From Patescibacteria group bacterium (GTDB taxonomy: Bacteria; Patescibacteriota; CPR2; UBA1875; CAIMLA01), in the NCBI GenBank assembly GCA_028718325.1, contig JAQUMB010000002.1:1-50871 (forward strand): a DNA stretch of 50,871 bases, read 5' to 3'. The translations under genes were made by a program, and so were the position numbers. Shown piece by piece: positions 1-10,545 of this stretch (positions are counted from its first letter, which is position 1; the number at the start of each line of letters is the position of its first letter). The notes below the pieces were generated by a model. That model was not told where the DNA came from, made no database searches, and saw only the letters and a list, made by a program, of their open reading frames with translations.

Positions 1-1
1 T

Positions 2-919
2 AAAGGATTATCAGATCTTGAAAAAGAAAAAATAGCTCGTGGCTATGTAAGAGGGGTCAAAGATAACATTGGGCCAAATCATGACATCCCAGCTCCAGAT
101 GTAAACACCACACCACAAATAATGGCCTGGATGATGGATGAATATTCTCAACTATCCGGTAAGTATGAACCAGCCTCATTTACAGGGAAGCCAGTTGAAG
201 TGGGGGGCATGACTGATCGAGAGCCTGCGACCGGCCAAGGTGGAGCCTATGTTTTGGATGAATATGTAAAAAATTTGAAACCAGGGAAAAAGGAATACAC
301 CATAGCAATCCAAGGGTTTGGCAATGTCGGTCGATTTTTTGCCGAAGTTATCCATTATATGGGCGCGCCGTACAAGATCGTGGCAGTTAGTGACTCAAGT
401 GGCGCAATATATAATAAGGATGGTTTGGATATACCTTTTGTTATCTCTCACAAAAAAGAAACGGGATCAGTCGGTAAATATGATAAGGCAACAGACATTA
501 GCGAGGATGAATTATTTGCACTCGATGTTGATGTTTTGGTGCCTGCTGCGTTAGAAAATGCGATTGACCAAGACAGAGCGAAAAACTTGAAAGCTCAAAC
601 TATATTAGAGTTAGCTAATGGACCTATAACGGCCGAGGCAGAGGAAATTCTCTTGAAAAAGAAGGTAAGTATTATCCCAGACGTTTTAGCAAATGCCGGA
701 GGAGTAACCGTCAGCTATTTCGAGTGGGTTCTCGGCAAATCAGGGGACCAGTGGGACTCCAACAAAACTCAAGAAAAACTAAAATCTATCCTGATAAAAT
801 CATGTCGAGATATCGATAAAATTCAGAAGCAATATAAAACTGACATGCGAAAAGCAGCATATATCCTAGCAATCTCACGAATTGCAGAAGCTATAACTGT
901 CCGCGGTATAGAAAATTGA
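2..919 (+). CDS. gdhA: Glu/Leu/Phe/Val-family (glutamate) dehydrogenase, C-terminal part; 5' end lies outside the window
   Basis: The frame is open from nt 2 ([36 protein letters not shown]...). It has the [10 protein letters not shown] Rossmann motif and a typical GDH C-terminal half. Confidence 0.85.
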   Translation, partial: KGLSDLEKEKIARGYVRGVKDNIGPNHDIPAPDVNTTPQIMAWMMDEYSQLSGKYEPASFTGKPVEVGGMTDREPATGQGGAYVLDEYVKNLKPGKKEYTIAIQGFGNVGRFFAEVIHYMGAPYKIVAVSDSSGAIYNKDGLDIPFVISHKKETGSVGKYDKATDISEDELFALDVDVLVPAALENAIDQDRAKNLKAQTILELANGPITAEAEEILLKKKVSIIPDVLANAGGVTVSYFEWVLGKSGDQWDSNKTQEKLKSILIKSCRDIDKIQKQYKTDMRKAAYILAISRIAEAITVRGIEN

Positions 920-947
920 TAACTATTACGATTGGACATTTAAATAG

Positions 948-1454
948 ATGAAGCATATTTTAGAAGTTCCACATCTTGTACAGTATTACAATATAGACGA
1001 TGAAAAATGGCAAAGTTGTTCTTGCGGTATTGTTTCTTTGGCAATGATCTTTGATTATTATTCGATTCCATTTGATCTTGATGACATGATCAACAGAGCC
1101 TTAAAGGATGATGGTTACATAAAGGGGGTGGGTTGGAAGCACCAGACTATAGTTGATTTAGCAATAAAATATGGGCTTAAGGCCTATCGAACGGAGAATG
1201 ATACTATTGAAAAGTTGATGGAGTCTCTAGAAAAAGATGAACCAGTAATAATCTCAATATATAAGGACTTCGATCTATCAAACGGTGGTCATCTAGCCGT
1301 ATTAAACGGTTATTATATAGCAAATCAGGAACTCATAGGGTTTTATGTAAACGACCCCGTAGGTGCTTCTTATAAGCATCAAAATCAGTTTATTAAGCTA
1401 GATAAGTTTCTCGAAGGCTGGAAAAAGCGGGCTATTTATGTTACAAAAGCATAA
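948..1454 (+). CDS. Stand-alone papain-like C39-family (Peptidase_C39_2-like) cysteine peptidase domain protein
   Basis: 168 aa. A candidate catalytic Cys lies in QSCSCGIVSLAMIFDYY and a His in GGHLAVLNGYY. There is no ABC-transporter fusion and no obvious signal peptide. Confidence 0.6.
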   Translation: MKHILEVPHLVQYYNIDDEKWQSCSCGIVSLAMIFDYYSIPFDLDDMINRALKDDGYIKGVGWKHQTIVDLAIKYGLKAYRTENDTIEKLMESLEKDEPVIISIYKDFDLSNGGHLAVLNGYYIANQELIGFYVNDPVGASYKHQNQFIKLDKFLEGWKKRAIYVTKA

Positions 1455-1456
1455 GA

Positions 1457-4312
1457 ATGAACAATAAATATAATCACAAAAAAATAGAGAAAAAGTGGCA
1501 AGAGATTTGGGCCAAGACAAAGCTTTATCAAGTTGATTTACACAAATCGGAGAATCCTTTTTATAATTTGATGATGTTTCCATACCCGAGCGGTGAATAT
1601 CTCCATCTCGGTCATGGCTATTCGTATAGTGGCGCAGACGTTTATGGCCGATTCATGCGATTATCAGGAAAGAATGTTTTTGAACCAATCGGTTACGATT
1701 CGTTTGGCTTGCCGGCTGAAAATTACGCTATCAAAGCAGGGGTACATCCGAAAGTTAGCATTGCTAAGAATATCGAAATTGCGAGAGAACAGCTAAAATC
1801 TTTCGGCTGTATGTTTGATTTTGAAAAAGAAGTGGTAACAAGCGACCCATCATATTACAAATGGACCCAATGGGTATTTCTGAAACTCTATGAGCACGGT
1901 TTGGCCTATCAGAAAGAGTCGCCGGTCAACTGGTGTCCGAATTGCAAGACCGTGCTTGCAAACGAACAGGTAATCAATGGGAAGTGTGAACGATGTGAAA
2001 CAGAAGTAATTCAGAAAAAGCTAAATCAATGGTTTTTCAAAATCACTGATTATGCGGAAAAACTTCTTAAAGGTTTAGATGATATTGACTGGCCGGAATC
2101 ATCAAAGATAAAGCAAAAAAACTGGATTGGCAAATCCACAGGTGTCGAATTTGAAATGGAGATTGATGGAAACAGGGAAAAATTGGGAGTATTTACTACT
2201 CGAATAGACACTGTCTATGGAATGACTTATGTAGTTATTGCACCGGAACACCCCCTGGTTGAGAAAATCACAACAGATAAGCAGAAAAAAGAAATCGAGA
2301 AATATCAAAGGAACACTCAAAAGTTAGCTGAAATTGAGCGTCAATCGACCGAAAAAGAAAAAACAGGTGTCTTTACCGGGGCATATGCCATAAATCCTTT
2401 TAATAATAAAAAAATTCCAATTTGGGTCGCCGACTATGTCATCTATTCCTATGGAACAGGGGCAGTTATGGCTGTGCCGGCTCATGATGAAAGAGATTTT
2501 GAGTTTGCTAAGAAATATGATCTGCCCATAAAAGAATCTATTATACCTAAGGTGATTGATAAGCATGATCCCCCAAAAGACGGTGCTGAAACAATATTCC
2601 GCCACGCAATCCAAGTTATTTTAATAAATCCAAAAAACAACAAAGTTTTGTGCCTCAAATGGAAAAAATTCCCTTGGACGACATTTATTACTGGTGGGGT
2701 TGAGGGGGATGAAGATACAATAGCCGCCTCGAAAAGAGAAACAATCGAGGAAACTGGCTATATTGATATTGAGTACGTTAAAACTTTAGGTGGGCCAGTA
2801 GAATCACATTTCTATGCAAACCATAAAGGGGTAAATCGTAAGGCTCTATTTACTGCGCTGGTTTTCCATCTCAAAAGTGAAAAAAAGGAAAAAATATCAG
2901 AAGAGGAGGCCGAAATCCATGAACTAGCCTGGGTTACTTGGGATGAACTTCACAAGGACAATAACGTAAAATGCGCCGAATATGATATTTGGCTTGATCG
3001 ATATTTCAACCAAGAGCATGCTTTTGCTGAAAAAGGAGTTTTGACTGACTCTGATAAATATACCGGCCTTACTTCCGAAGAAGCAATTAATAAAATAGCC
3101 GAATGGTTGGAAGAAAAAGGAATTGGGGGGACAAAGACGACTTATCGACTCCGTGATTGGTCATTTTCACGTCAAAGGTATTGGGGAGCACCGATCCCAA
3201 TTATTTATTGCGACAAATGTGGGGCTATCCCTGTCCCTGAAGAAGATTTACCCGTTGAGCTACCTGAAATTAAAGATTTTCGACCGGCAGGCTTGGGCGA
3301 AGGTCCTCTGGCCAGTGCTCCTGATTTTGTAAACACAAAATGTCCAAAATGTGGCGGGTCAGCAAAGAGGGAGACGGATACGATGGATACTTTTGTTGAT
3401 TCAAGTTTTTACTTTATGAGATATCCAAATGTTGGTGACGATACCCAAATGATGAACAAAAAAATTACTCAGAAATGGTTACCAGTTGATATGTATGTTG
3501 GTGGAGCAGAACATGTCACCATGCATCTTTTATATGCTAGATTTGTAACCAAAGCTTTTTATGATATCGGTCTTATCGGCTTTGACGAACCATTTATAAG
3601 ACTTCGACATCAGGGAATGATCCTAGGCCCGGATGGCAAGAAAATGAGTAAATCTAAAGGGAATATTGTTATTCCTGATGAAGTGATGAAAAAAGTCGGA
3701 GCAGATGCTTTCCGAACCTATATTTTGTTTATGGGGCAGTTCGAGGATGGTGGTCCATGGAATCCAAACGGGATTGCTGGTATCTCCAGATTTTTAGAAA
3801 AAATATGGCGATTATTTGATAGAGAAATTATTGATTCAGACACAGAGATTGAGGTTGATAGACTTTTAAACAAAGCGATTAAAAAGGTAGGCCAAGATAT
3901 TGCTGATTTCAAATTTAATACAGCCATCTCCTCGTTGATGATTTTGGTCAATGGCCTTTCTGAGGCAAAAAAAATTGATAAGAGAGTACTCGGAATACTG
4001 GCAATCTTGCTTTCGCCGTTTGCTCCACATCTTGCTGAGGAGGTATGGGAAAAGCTGGGCAATACTGATAGCGTTCATAACCAGACCTGGCCACGGTATG
4101 ATAAAAAATTAATTGAAGACGAAATGGGAATTATCGCTGTCCAGATAAATGGAAAAGTTCGTGACCAGATTTTGGTAGTCAAGGGGACAAAGGAAAATGA
4201 TATTTTAAAATTGGCCAAGGACTCGGAAAAAATAAAAAAATATCTACAAAATACAGATATTATTAAGGTTATTTACATCCCGGACAAGCTTTTGAGCCTT
4301 GTCACAAAGTAA
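1457..4312 (+). CDS. leuS: Leucyl-tRNA synthetase carrying an inserted Nudix domain
   Basis: PYPSGEYLHLGHGYSY (HIGH region), KMSKSKGN, the CP1 motif GTGAVMAVPAHDERDFEFAKKY and YRLRDWSFSRQRYWGAPIP. It is 951 aa. Confidence 0.97.
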   Translation: MNNKYNHKKIEKKWQEIWAKTKLYQVDLHKSENPFYNLMMFPYPSGEYLHLGHGYSYSGADVYGRFMRLSGKNVFEPIGYDSFGLPAENYAIKAGVHPKVSIAKNIEIAREQLKSFGCMFDFEKEVVTSDPSYYKWTQWVFLKLYEHGLAYQKESPVNWCPNCKTVLANEQVINGKCERCETEVIQKKLNQWFFKITDYAEKLLKGLDDIDWPESSKIKQKNWIGKSTGVEFEMEIDGNREKLGVFTTRIDTVYGMTYVVIAPEHPLVEKITTDKQKKEIEKYQRNTQKLAEIERQSTEKEKTGVFTGAYAINPFNNKKIPIWVADYVIYSYGTGAVMAVPAHDERDFEFAKKYDLPIKESIIPKVIDKHDPPKDGAETIFRHAIQVILINPKNNKVLCLKWKKFPWTTFITGGVEGDEDTIAASKRETIEETGYIDIEYVKTLGGPVESHFYANHKGVNRKALFTALVFHLKSEKKEKISEEEAEIHELAWVTWDELHKDNNVKCAEYDIWLDRYFNQEHAFAEKGVLTDSDKYTGLTSEEAINKIAEWLEEKGIGGTKTTYRLRDWSFSRQRYWGAPIPIIYCDKCGAIPVPEEDLPVELPEIKDFRPAGLGEGPLASAPDFVNTKCPKCGGSAKRETDTMDTFVDSSFYFMRYPNVGDDTQMMNKKITQKWLPVDMYVGGAEHVTMHLLYARFVTKAFYDIGLIGFDEPFIRLRHQGMILGPDGKKMSKSKGNIVIPDEVMKKVGADAFRTYILFMGQFEDGGPWNPNGIAGISRFLEKIWRLFDREIIDSDTEIEVDRLLNKAIKKVGQDIADFKFNTAISSLMILVNGLSEAKKIDKRVLGILAILLSPFAPHLAEEVWEKLGNTDSVHNQTWPRYDKKLIEDEMGIIAVQINGKVRDQILVVKGTKENDILKLAKDSEKIKKYLQNTDIIKVIYIPDKLLSLVTK
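2546..3028 (+). other. Nudix hydrolase domain inserted in-frame within the LeuRS CP1/editing region (Nudix box at nt 2693-2761)
   Basis: GGVEGDEDTIAASKRETIEETGY fits GX5EX7REUXEEXGU exactly. This position holds 161 codons where E. coli LeuRS has about 16 residues (between KYGLNIKPVI and EKGVLFNSGEF). Confidence 0.8.
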
Positions 4313-4353
4313 AATTTATGATACAATCGCAAGCGTTTTGTGTCGTTTGAAAT

Positions 4354-4824
4354 ATGGAAAATATTAGCATAAAAAAATTACTCAATTCAGACCTCGGTAC
4401 TAAACTTTTTTTTGAAGTGGACGAGCCTATTCATAATATAGATCTACCGCCTGAAATCTTGGGGAAAAAAGTTGTAGGCAAAATAACCGCTACCAAGCTT
4501 GACGAAACAATTATATTAACGGGAGATTTGGTTGCCGGGACTATTTTGATTTGTGACAGATGCCTTGAGAATTTTAAGGGGCATATTCCATTTCACCTGG
4601 AACGTGAGTATAATTTAAATCGAATGGTAAAGTCAGAAGAAGGATTATTTATCGATAAATATGGTGAGATTGATCTGACGATACCAATAAGGGAAGAAAT
4701 CATCTTAGCTCTACCGATCAAGAACATTTGCAAATCCGATTGTTCTGGTATTTGTTCTGGATGTGGAGTAAATTTAAACCACGAAAAATGTTCTTGTAAA
4801 AAAAGTAAAAAGGAAAGGAAATAA
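4354..4824 (+). CDS. yceD: YceD/DUF177 family protein (large-subunit rRNA accumulation protein)
   Basis: C-terminal Cys cluster CKSDCSGICSGCGVNLNHEKCSC. It sits in the conserved position immediately upstream of rpmF. Confidence 0.8.
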   Translation: MENISIKKLLNSDLGTKLFFEVDEPIHNIDLPPEILGKKVVGKITATKLDETIILTGDLVAGTILICDRCLENFKGHIPFHLEREYNLNRMVKSEEGLFIDKYGEIDLTIPIREEIILALPIKNICKSDCSGICSGCGVNLNHEKCSCKKSKKERK

Positions 4825-5058
4825 ATGGCAGTACCGAAAAAAAGAAAAACTTCAACTCGGGGGAAACAGGGCCGAAGCCATGATGGCCTAGAAGCAATCA
4901 GTTTGTCGAAATGTCCGAAATGCGGCGATCCGATTTTGCCTCATACCGTTTGTCAGACCTGTGGTCATTATCGTGGCAAAGAACTAATCCATGTTGAAAC
5001 AAAGTTGGACAAAAAGATTAAGAAGGAAGCTAAGAAGAAAGAACAACAAGAGGAATAA
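4825..5058 (+). CDS. rpmF: 50S ribosomal protein L32 with a Lys-rich C-terminal tail
   Basis: MAVPKKRKTSTRGKQGRSHD plus a CxxC...CxxC zinc ribbon. It abuts the yceD stop codon. Confidence 0.93.
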   Translation: MAVPKKRKTSTRGKQGRSHDGLEAISLSKCPKCGDPILPHTVCQTCGHYRGKELIHVETKLDKKIKKEAKKKEQQEE

Positions 5059-5550
5059 ATGGCATCCAACCGGCATCTCTCACGAATTATTGCGTTTCAG
5101 ACCATGTATGAATGGGAATTTTTGACTAATAAAATCCCTACACATGAAAGCAATATTAATAAAATTCGTCAGACTATTGAGCCGATTTTAGAAAGAAATT
5201 ACCAAGAATTTTCCTCTAGTGTTGAAAATAGGGATTTTATTGATCAGTTAGTTTGGGGGGTTGTAGATAACAAGGAAAAAATTGACTCTATCATCACCCC
5301 TGCTGCTCCAGAATGGCCGATTGAACAGATTGCTTTGATAGACCTTATTATCTTAAGGATGGGGATATACGAATTATTATTTGCGAGGGAAGTTCCACCA
5401 AAAGTTGCCATCAATGAAGCTGTAGAATTGGCTAAAGCGTTTGGTGGACAAAATTCTTCCAAGTTTATTAATGGAGTTCTTGGTACTGTTTATCGAGCCA
5501 GCGATATATATAATCCAGATGATGACAAAAAAATTGAAGGCAAAAAATGA
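5059..5550 (+). CDS. nusB: Transcription antitermination factor NusB
   Basis: [13 protein letters not shown] at the N-terminus and [26 protein letters not shown]. Confidence 0.9.
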   Translation: MASNRHLSRIIAFQTMYEWEFLTNKIPTHESNINKIRQTIEPILERNYQEFSSSVENRDFIDQLVWGVVDNKEKIDSIITPAAPEWPIEQIALIDLIILRMGIYELLFAREVPPKVAINEAVELAKAFGGQNSSKFINGVLGTVYRASDIYNPDDDKKIEGKK

Positions 5551-6239
5551 AAGATTTTGAAAAATTTTCGAAAGAGTTGGGAATTAAGTTTAAGAATATC
5601 AATTTATTAATAACAGCTTTGACCCATCGTTCCTATCTAAATGAACATCAAAATGTGGAAGAACACAATGAACGTCTTGAGTTTTTGGGTGATGCCGTTT
5701 TGGAATTGGTCGTCACAGAGTATTTATATAGGAATTTTAAGAATCCAGAAGGCGATCTAACGAATTGGCGAAGTGCTTTAGTCAAAACTGAGACAATTTC
5801 TGAAGTTTCGAAAGATCTGGATGCAGAGGACTATATTTTAATGAGCAAGGGCGAATCAAGGAGCCTTGGACGAAGCCGTCAACTTATTCTTGCAAATGCC
5901 TTTGAAGCAATAATCGGGGCAATTTTTTTAGACCAAGGTATAGAGACGGCCAAAGAATTTATAGAAAAAAATCTGATAATAAAATTAGACAAAATTTTGC
6001 AAGAAAAACTATATGTTGATCCGAAAAGCTTATTTCAGGAACTTGTTCAAGACAAAGATGGAGTAACACCAACTTACGAGGTTTTGGAAGAGGTTGGCCC
6101 AGATCATGATAAGACATTTACGATTGGAGTATTTGTCGGTGATAAGGTATGGGGCAAGGGGGTTGGTCCATCAAAACAAGCAGCTCAACAGTCAGCAGCA
6201 ATCGATGCTGTCGAGAAATATCAAAAAAATAACAATTAA
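5547..6239 (+). CDS. rnc: Ribonuclease III
   Basis: RNase III signature [15 protein letters not shown] and a C-terminal dsRBD ([14 protein letters not shown]...[12 protein letters not shown]). ATGA overlap with nusB. Confidence 0.95.
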   Translation: MKDFEKFSKELGIKFKNINLLITALTHRSYLNEHQNVEEHNERLEFLGDAVLELVVTEYLYRNFKNPEGDLTNWRSALVKTETISEVSKDLDAEDYILMSKGESRSLGRSRQLILANAFEAIIGAIFLDQGIETAKEFIEKNLIIKLDKILQEKLYVDPKSLFQELVQDKDGVTPTYEVLEEVGPDHDKTFTIGVFVGDKVWGKGVGPSKQAAQQSAAIDAVEKYQKNNN

Positions 6240-6375
6240 CAAATCTGTTTTTACCTATATCTAAAAATAATAGTTATCTAAGTCTCTTCCTCATATTCTC
6301 AAAATAATCATCAAATATTCTACCGAATTAAGACATTGCTTAAGTTCAGTTTTTTCTAGTACAATGGATAATGTT

Positions 6376-9300
6376 ATGTATCTGAAAAGATTAGAAATAT
6401 ATGGGTTTAAATCATTTGGCTCAAAATGTGTTCTGGATTTCAGTTCTGATGGCGGATCAACCATAACTGCGATTGTCGGTCCAAATGGCTCTGGCAAAAG
6501 CAACGTAGCAGATGCAATTCGTTGGGTATTAGGCGAACAAAGCAATAGTTTACTCCGTAGCAAAAAAAGTGACGACATAATTTTTGTGGGAAGTCAAAAT
6601 AAGGGCAGAAGTTCATATGCTGAGGCAAGCCTTATTTTGGCAGATGACCACCTGATAAGATTTGAAATAAACAATAAAAAGCATGAATTGCCAGAGATTG
6701 AGGTTACCAGAAAACTTTATCGATCAGGTGAAAGCGAATATTTGTTAAACAAAAAGAAGGTTCGTTTGATAGATATACAGCAGCTTTTGGCTTCTTTGGG
6801 TTTTGGTCAGTCAACCTACTCAGTTATTGGTCAAGGTATGGTTGATCGACTATTATTTTTTAATGCTTCAGAAAGACGAGTTTTGTTTGACGAGGCTGCC
6901 GGAATAAAGCAATACAAAATAAAGCGCGAGCATGCAACAAAGAAACTTTTAAGCACTGAAGATAATCTGGTTCGTTTGAAAGACATATTAAGTGAGCTAG
7001 AACCAAGAGTTATCAATTTGCGTCGTTTAGTCAAAAGGGCCGAGGGTCGAGTGGACATAGAAAGAGAACTAAGCAAAGCAGGGGAGTATTATTATGGTTC
7101 GATCAAGACAGAATTAGCCAAAGAATTGAATGGTTTTGGGCAAAAGAAAAAAGAGATAGAGTCTCATAATCTCGAAATCAATCAGAAAATTAGTTTATTA
7201 GATAAAAAAACGCACGGGATGCAAGATGTTGCAGATTTAAGTGATAAGGAAAATCGCATAAAGCAGGAAATTGACAAATTATTATTTGCAAGAGACTCAC
7301 TAATCAGAGAAATCTCTTATACCCAAGGAAAAATCGAAGCAAAAAAACTAGAAGCTGATTCGGCTATGAATCAAAACGTTGAGTTAAAAAAAGAAGAAAA
7401 ACTATTAAATGAAAAGGTGACTTTTTTAAAGGAAAAAATTGAAGAACACCAAATTGATATTAACCGAAGGACTATAGAAAAAACTAAAATAGAGACAAGC
7501 CTCAAGCAATTGAGCTTGAAAGAAATAGAGAATGAAGAAAAGTTCCTTAAAATAAAAAGCGGACAAAAAGAAAAAGAACTTCAGAGGATTGAGTCCGAGA
7601 TTGAAGAATTATCAAAAGATAAAGAAAAGCTATCGGTAGAGATTTATTCGCTTGAGCAAAAAATCAGCCAAAATAAAACAAGGTTGGAGCAAGGTAATGC
7701 GGAGACAATGCGTTTAACGGCCTCATTGACAGAGATAAAAGTGGAAATTGATAAACAGAAGGTTGAAAAAAAAGGTTTAGAGCGATTGGCAAAAACCCTG
7801 GAGGAACGCAAAATTAATTTAGATGAGTCAGTCAGAAACCTTACCTTAAAAATTACAAAAATTGAACAAGAAATTAGAACAAAAATTTCTATCATCAGTT
7901 CCGATGAATTATCAAAATTAGAAAGAAGCATTTATGAACTTAGAGGCGATCATCAGAAACTTGCTGACGCACTGATATCGGTAAAAACCTCAAATCAATT
8001 GGTAGATATAAAGAACAATTTTGAGGTGTTCTCGGAAAAATTCAAAGAAATATTCAAAAAAATATCACTTTTAACAGAGTTTGCTGACCCGACAACCAGA
8101 GAAAAACTTGAGAACAAGCAGCTGTCTTTGAGAGAAGAACTCGAAAAAGAATCTAGAAACCTAACAGAAACCTTGATAGCGCTAAGTGAGAATAAAGCTA
8201 GTCTAGGCCAGATAAACGGCGAAATTAACAAATCAGAACAGGCTTACAGAGTGACTGAAAGAAAAATTTCTGAAGGTAACAGTTTAAAAGGTAATCTGAA
8301 TATTGATGATACCGAAATCCAGAATTTAAGAGAAAAGGCCGAAATTATTAACAGAAAGATACTGTCTCTAGAGGAAAGAAAAAAGCCCTTTAGTAACTTA
8401 GAAAGTGAAAGAGAGAATGCATTTTTAATGGAAAAAGATAAGAATAATCGGGAGATTTCATCATTAAACCATGCTCTCTACGAAAAAAAGCTGGATCTGG
8501 CGAAAAGTATCAATATCTTAGAAAATCAAAAAAATGAAATAAAGTTGACAGGAGAGAGACTAGCAAAAATCAGAGAGATGTTCTCGACTCCTCATGCCGA
8601 TAGAGGTCTAATGGATGAGGCTTCTCTAAATATGTTATCTGAGCAAAAAAAACAATTAGCCGAAATAGAAAGCAATGTTTCGGATTTGAAAAAAGAAGCT
8701 AGTCTTTTATTAAAAGACAAATATTTGATCGAAGAAAAAGCGCTAGATGCGATTCGTGATAAACATGAATTAGAGAATCAGGTTTCGACTCTGTCCCATG
8801 AAATAAATCAAATTGATTTGATGAGTGCTCGTTTAGAAACAAAGTTAGAAGATTTGGAAGAGGAAATGAAAATTATGGGGGTGACTCTATCAGAAAAAAC
8901 TGACTATGAGATTTTTGCCCAGGAAAAGAAGGATCTGCTAAGAGCAAAAATTGAAAACATGAAGAGAAAAAAAGATTCGATTGGAGAAGTAGATCCGGAA
9001 ACATTGGTTGAATATCAAGAGCTGGAGTTGAGAGTGACTGAGATGAAAGATCAAATAGACGATTTGTCTAAAGCCAAAGAAGATCTTGAAAAAATTATTC
9101 GAGAACTCGATACTCGAATAAAAAATCAATTCTCTAAAACTTTTACTCAAATTGCTCATGAGTTTAACCGATATTTTATAATGTTATTTAACGGTGGAAA
9201 GGCAGAACTAAAACTTGGAGAGGATGAAACGGGAAGCCTTGGGATTGAAATTACGGCTAACCCACCTGGGAAAAAACTGCAAAGTTTAAATGTCCTCTCT

Positions 9301-9591
9301 GGTGGCGAGAGAACGCTAACTTCTTTATCTTTGCTCTTTGCGATATTATCGATCAACCCAAGCCCATTTTGTGTTTTGGATGAAGTTGATGCTGCCCTTG
9401 ATGAATCAAATACACTTCGTTTCTCGAGGATTTTAAAAGACTTAGCTGTCAAGACACAATTCGTAGTCATTTCCCATAACCGAGAAACTATGAAATCCGC
9501 CAACATCCTGTATGGGGTAACTATGGGAGAGAACCATATCTCGAAGTTAATTTCAGTCAAATTAGGAGAAGCGCAGAAGTTGGCATCGTAG
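6376..9591 (+). CDS. smc: Chromosome partition protein SMC
   Basis: [14 protein letters not shown], Walker [10 protein letters not shown], a long coiled coil, the signature [16 protein letters not shown] and Walker [13 protein letters not shown]. The ORF opens at 6364, but the ATG at 6376 matches the canonical SMC N-terminus. Confidence 0.93.
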   Translation: MYLKRLEIYGFKSFGSKCVLDFSSDGGSTITAIVGPNGSGKSNVADAIRWVLGEQSNSLLRSKKSDDIIFVGSQNKGRSSYAEASLILADDHLIRFEINNKKHELPEIEVTRKLYRSGESEYLLNKKKVRLIDIQQLLASLGFGQSTYSVIGQGMVDRLLFFNASERRVLFDEAAGIKQYKIKREHATKKLLSTEDNLVRLKDILSELEPRVINLRRLVKRAEGRVDIERELSKAGEYYYGSIKTELAKELNGFGQKKKEIESHNLEINQKISLLDKKTHGMQDVADLSDKENRIKQEIDKLLFARDSLIREISYTQGKIEAKKLEADSAMNQNVELKKEEKLLNEKVTFLKEKIEEHQIDINRRTIEKTKIETSLKQLSLKEIENEEKFLKIKSGQKEKELQRIESEIEELSKDKEKLSVEIYSLEQKISQNKTRLEQGNAETMRLTASLTEIKVEIDKQKVEKKGLERLAKTLEERKINLDESVRNLTLKITKIEQEIRTKISIISSDELSKLERSIYELRGDHQKLADALISVKTSNQLVDIKNNFEVFSEKFKEIFKKISLLTEFADPTTREKLENKQLSLREELEKESRNLTETLIALSENKASLGQINGEINKSEQAYRVTERKISEGNSLKGNLNIDDTEIQNLREKAEIINRKILSLEERKKPFSNLESERENAFLMEKDKNNREISSLNHALYEKKLDLAKSINILENQKNEIKLTGERLAKIREMFSTPHADRGLMDEASLNMLSEQKKQLAEIESNVSDLKKEASLLLKDKYLIEEKALDAIRDKHELENQVSTLSHEINQIDLMSARLETKLEDLEEEMKIMGVTLSEKTDYEIFAQEKKDLLRAKIENMKRKKDSIGEVDPETLVEYQELELRVTEMKDQIDDLSKAKEDLEKIIRELDTRIKNQFSKTFTQIAHEFNRYFIMLFNGGKAELKLGEDETGSLGIEITANPPGKKLQSLNVLSGGERTLTSLSLLFAILSINPSPFCVLDEVDAALDESNTLRFSRILKDLAVKTQFVVISHNRETMKSANILYGVTMGENHISKLISVKLGEAQKLAS

Positions 9592-9599
9592 TCTTTTTA

Positions 9600-9628
9600 T
9601 TGACAAAATTAAATTTTAGTTCTAAAAT
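9600..9628 (+). promoter_or_regulatory. Sigma70-type promoter for the rpsP operon
   Basis: TTGACA (9600-9605), 17-nt spacer, TAAAT-like TAAAAT (9623-9628). An AAGGAGAG Shine-Dalgarno sequence precedes rpsP. Confidence 0.55.
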
Positions 9629-9667
9629 CAAGCTTAGATTTAACAGTTAAAACCGCAAGGAGAGTTA

Positions 9668-10099
9668 ATGGTAGTAATCAGGCTTGCCCGAGTTGGGAAG
9701 AAAAAACAAGCATTTTATCGAGTGGTCGTGGCAGACTCAAGACGTCCGGTCACAGCAAAGTTTATAAAAATATTAGGCTGGTACAATCCTCACAGTAAAG
9801 AACTAAACATTAAAACTGATGATTTAACAGAGTGGATGAAAAAAGGCGCTCAGCCTTCGAATTCTTTAGCAGTTATTTTGGAAAAGAACAATATTAAGTT
9901 GCCAAAATGGGTGGAAATCACAAAAAAGGCCAAAAAACCAAAGAAGGTGGTAGAAGCAGCTGCACCGAAGCCTGTCGAAACAGAAAGAACCGATAAAGAA
10001 GAGAATTCAGAGGAACGACCTAGTGAACCCAGTGAGAACGAAACCGAAATTGTCGATCAACCGGTAGAAGAAACTCCGGTTGATGATAATAATAATTAA
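9668..10099 (+). CDS. rpsP: 30S ribosomal protein S16 with an acidic C-terminal extension of about 60 aa
   Basis: MVVIRLARVGKKKQAFYRVVVADSRRPV...GWYNP. The tail is rich in E/P/K. Confidence 0.93.
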   Translation: MVVIRLARVGKKKQAFYRVVVADSRRPVTAKFIKILGWYNPHSKELNIKTDDLTEWMKKGAQPSNSLAVILEKNNIKLPKWVEITKKAKKPKKVVEAAAPKPVETERTDKEENSEERPSEPSENETEIVDQPVEETPVDDNNN

Positions 10100-10111
10100 A
10101 AAGGAGTAAAA

Positions 10112-10486
10112 ATGCCAGAAAAAGAAGTTGATCAGCAGTTTGTTGAGTACATTGTAAAACAACTGGTGACTAAGCCAGACAAGGTTCACACAGAACGAAA
10201 GATTGATGAACTTGGGGTTTTGATCGAATTGGTCGTCGATAGAGAGGATATGGGTGTCATCATCGGCAAAGAAGGCAAAACGGCCAAAGCGGTGAGGACT
10301 TTGCTTAGGGTTTTAGGCGCCAAAAATGATGCCAGAATCAATCTAAAAATCGTTGAGCCTGAGGGAGAGAGTGGAAAAAAAGTAGAAAAATCTGAAGAAA
10401 TAGAAGAAGTTGAAGAAGAAGCAAAAGAGGAAACAGCGGCAGAACCAGAGGAGGATGAAGCTCCAATGGCAGACTTAGAACTTTAA
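10112..10486 (+). CDS. KH-domain RNA-binding protein (YlqC/KhpA-like) with an acidic tail
   Basis: VVDREDMGVIIGKEGKTAKAVRTLL contains the GxxG KH motif. It occupies the conserved position after rpsP. Confidence 0.8.
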   Translation: MPEKEVDQQFVEYIVKQLVTKPDKVHTERKIDELGVLIELVVDREDMGVIIGKEGKTAKAVRTLLRVLGAKNDARINLKIVEPEGESGKKVEKSEEIEEVEEEAKEETAAEPEEDEAPMADLEL

Positions 10487-10512
10487 TTACTTAGAAGAAA
10501 AGAGTAAAATTT

Positions 10513-10535
10513 ATGGAGCCACAGCGTGGCTCCAT
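10513..10535 (+). promoter_or_regulatory. Perfect 10-bp GC-rich hairpin between the KH gene and trmD (possible intra-operon attenuator or processing site)
   Basis: ATGGAGCCAC-agc-GTGGCTCCAT followed by TTGT. It lies inside the 5' extension of the ORF-track trmD model. Confidence 0.5.
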
Positions 10536-10545
10536 TTGTATAAAA

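Noticed and set aside
10513-10545. Upstream-extended start codons in the ORF track: trmD 10513, rnhB 37049, dnaE 32809, rplS 36427, smc 6364, gatC 27114, yraN 37756 and htpX 24143
   Set aside because: The extensions overlap terminator hairpins, promoters or the preceding gene, and they add residues absent from the conserved N-termini of these families. Downstream starts were chosen. The exact starts remain unverified.
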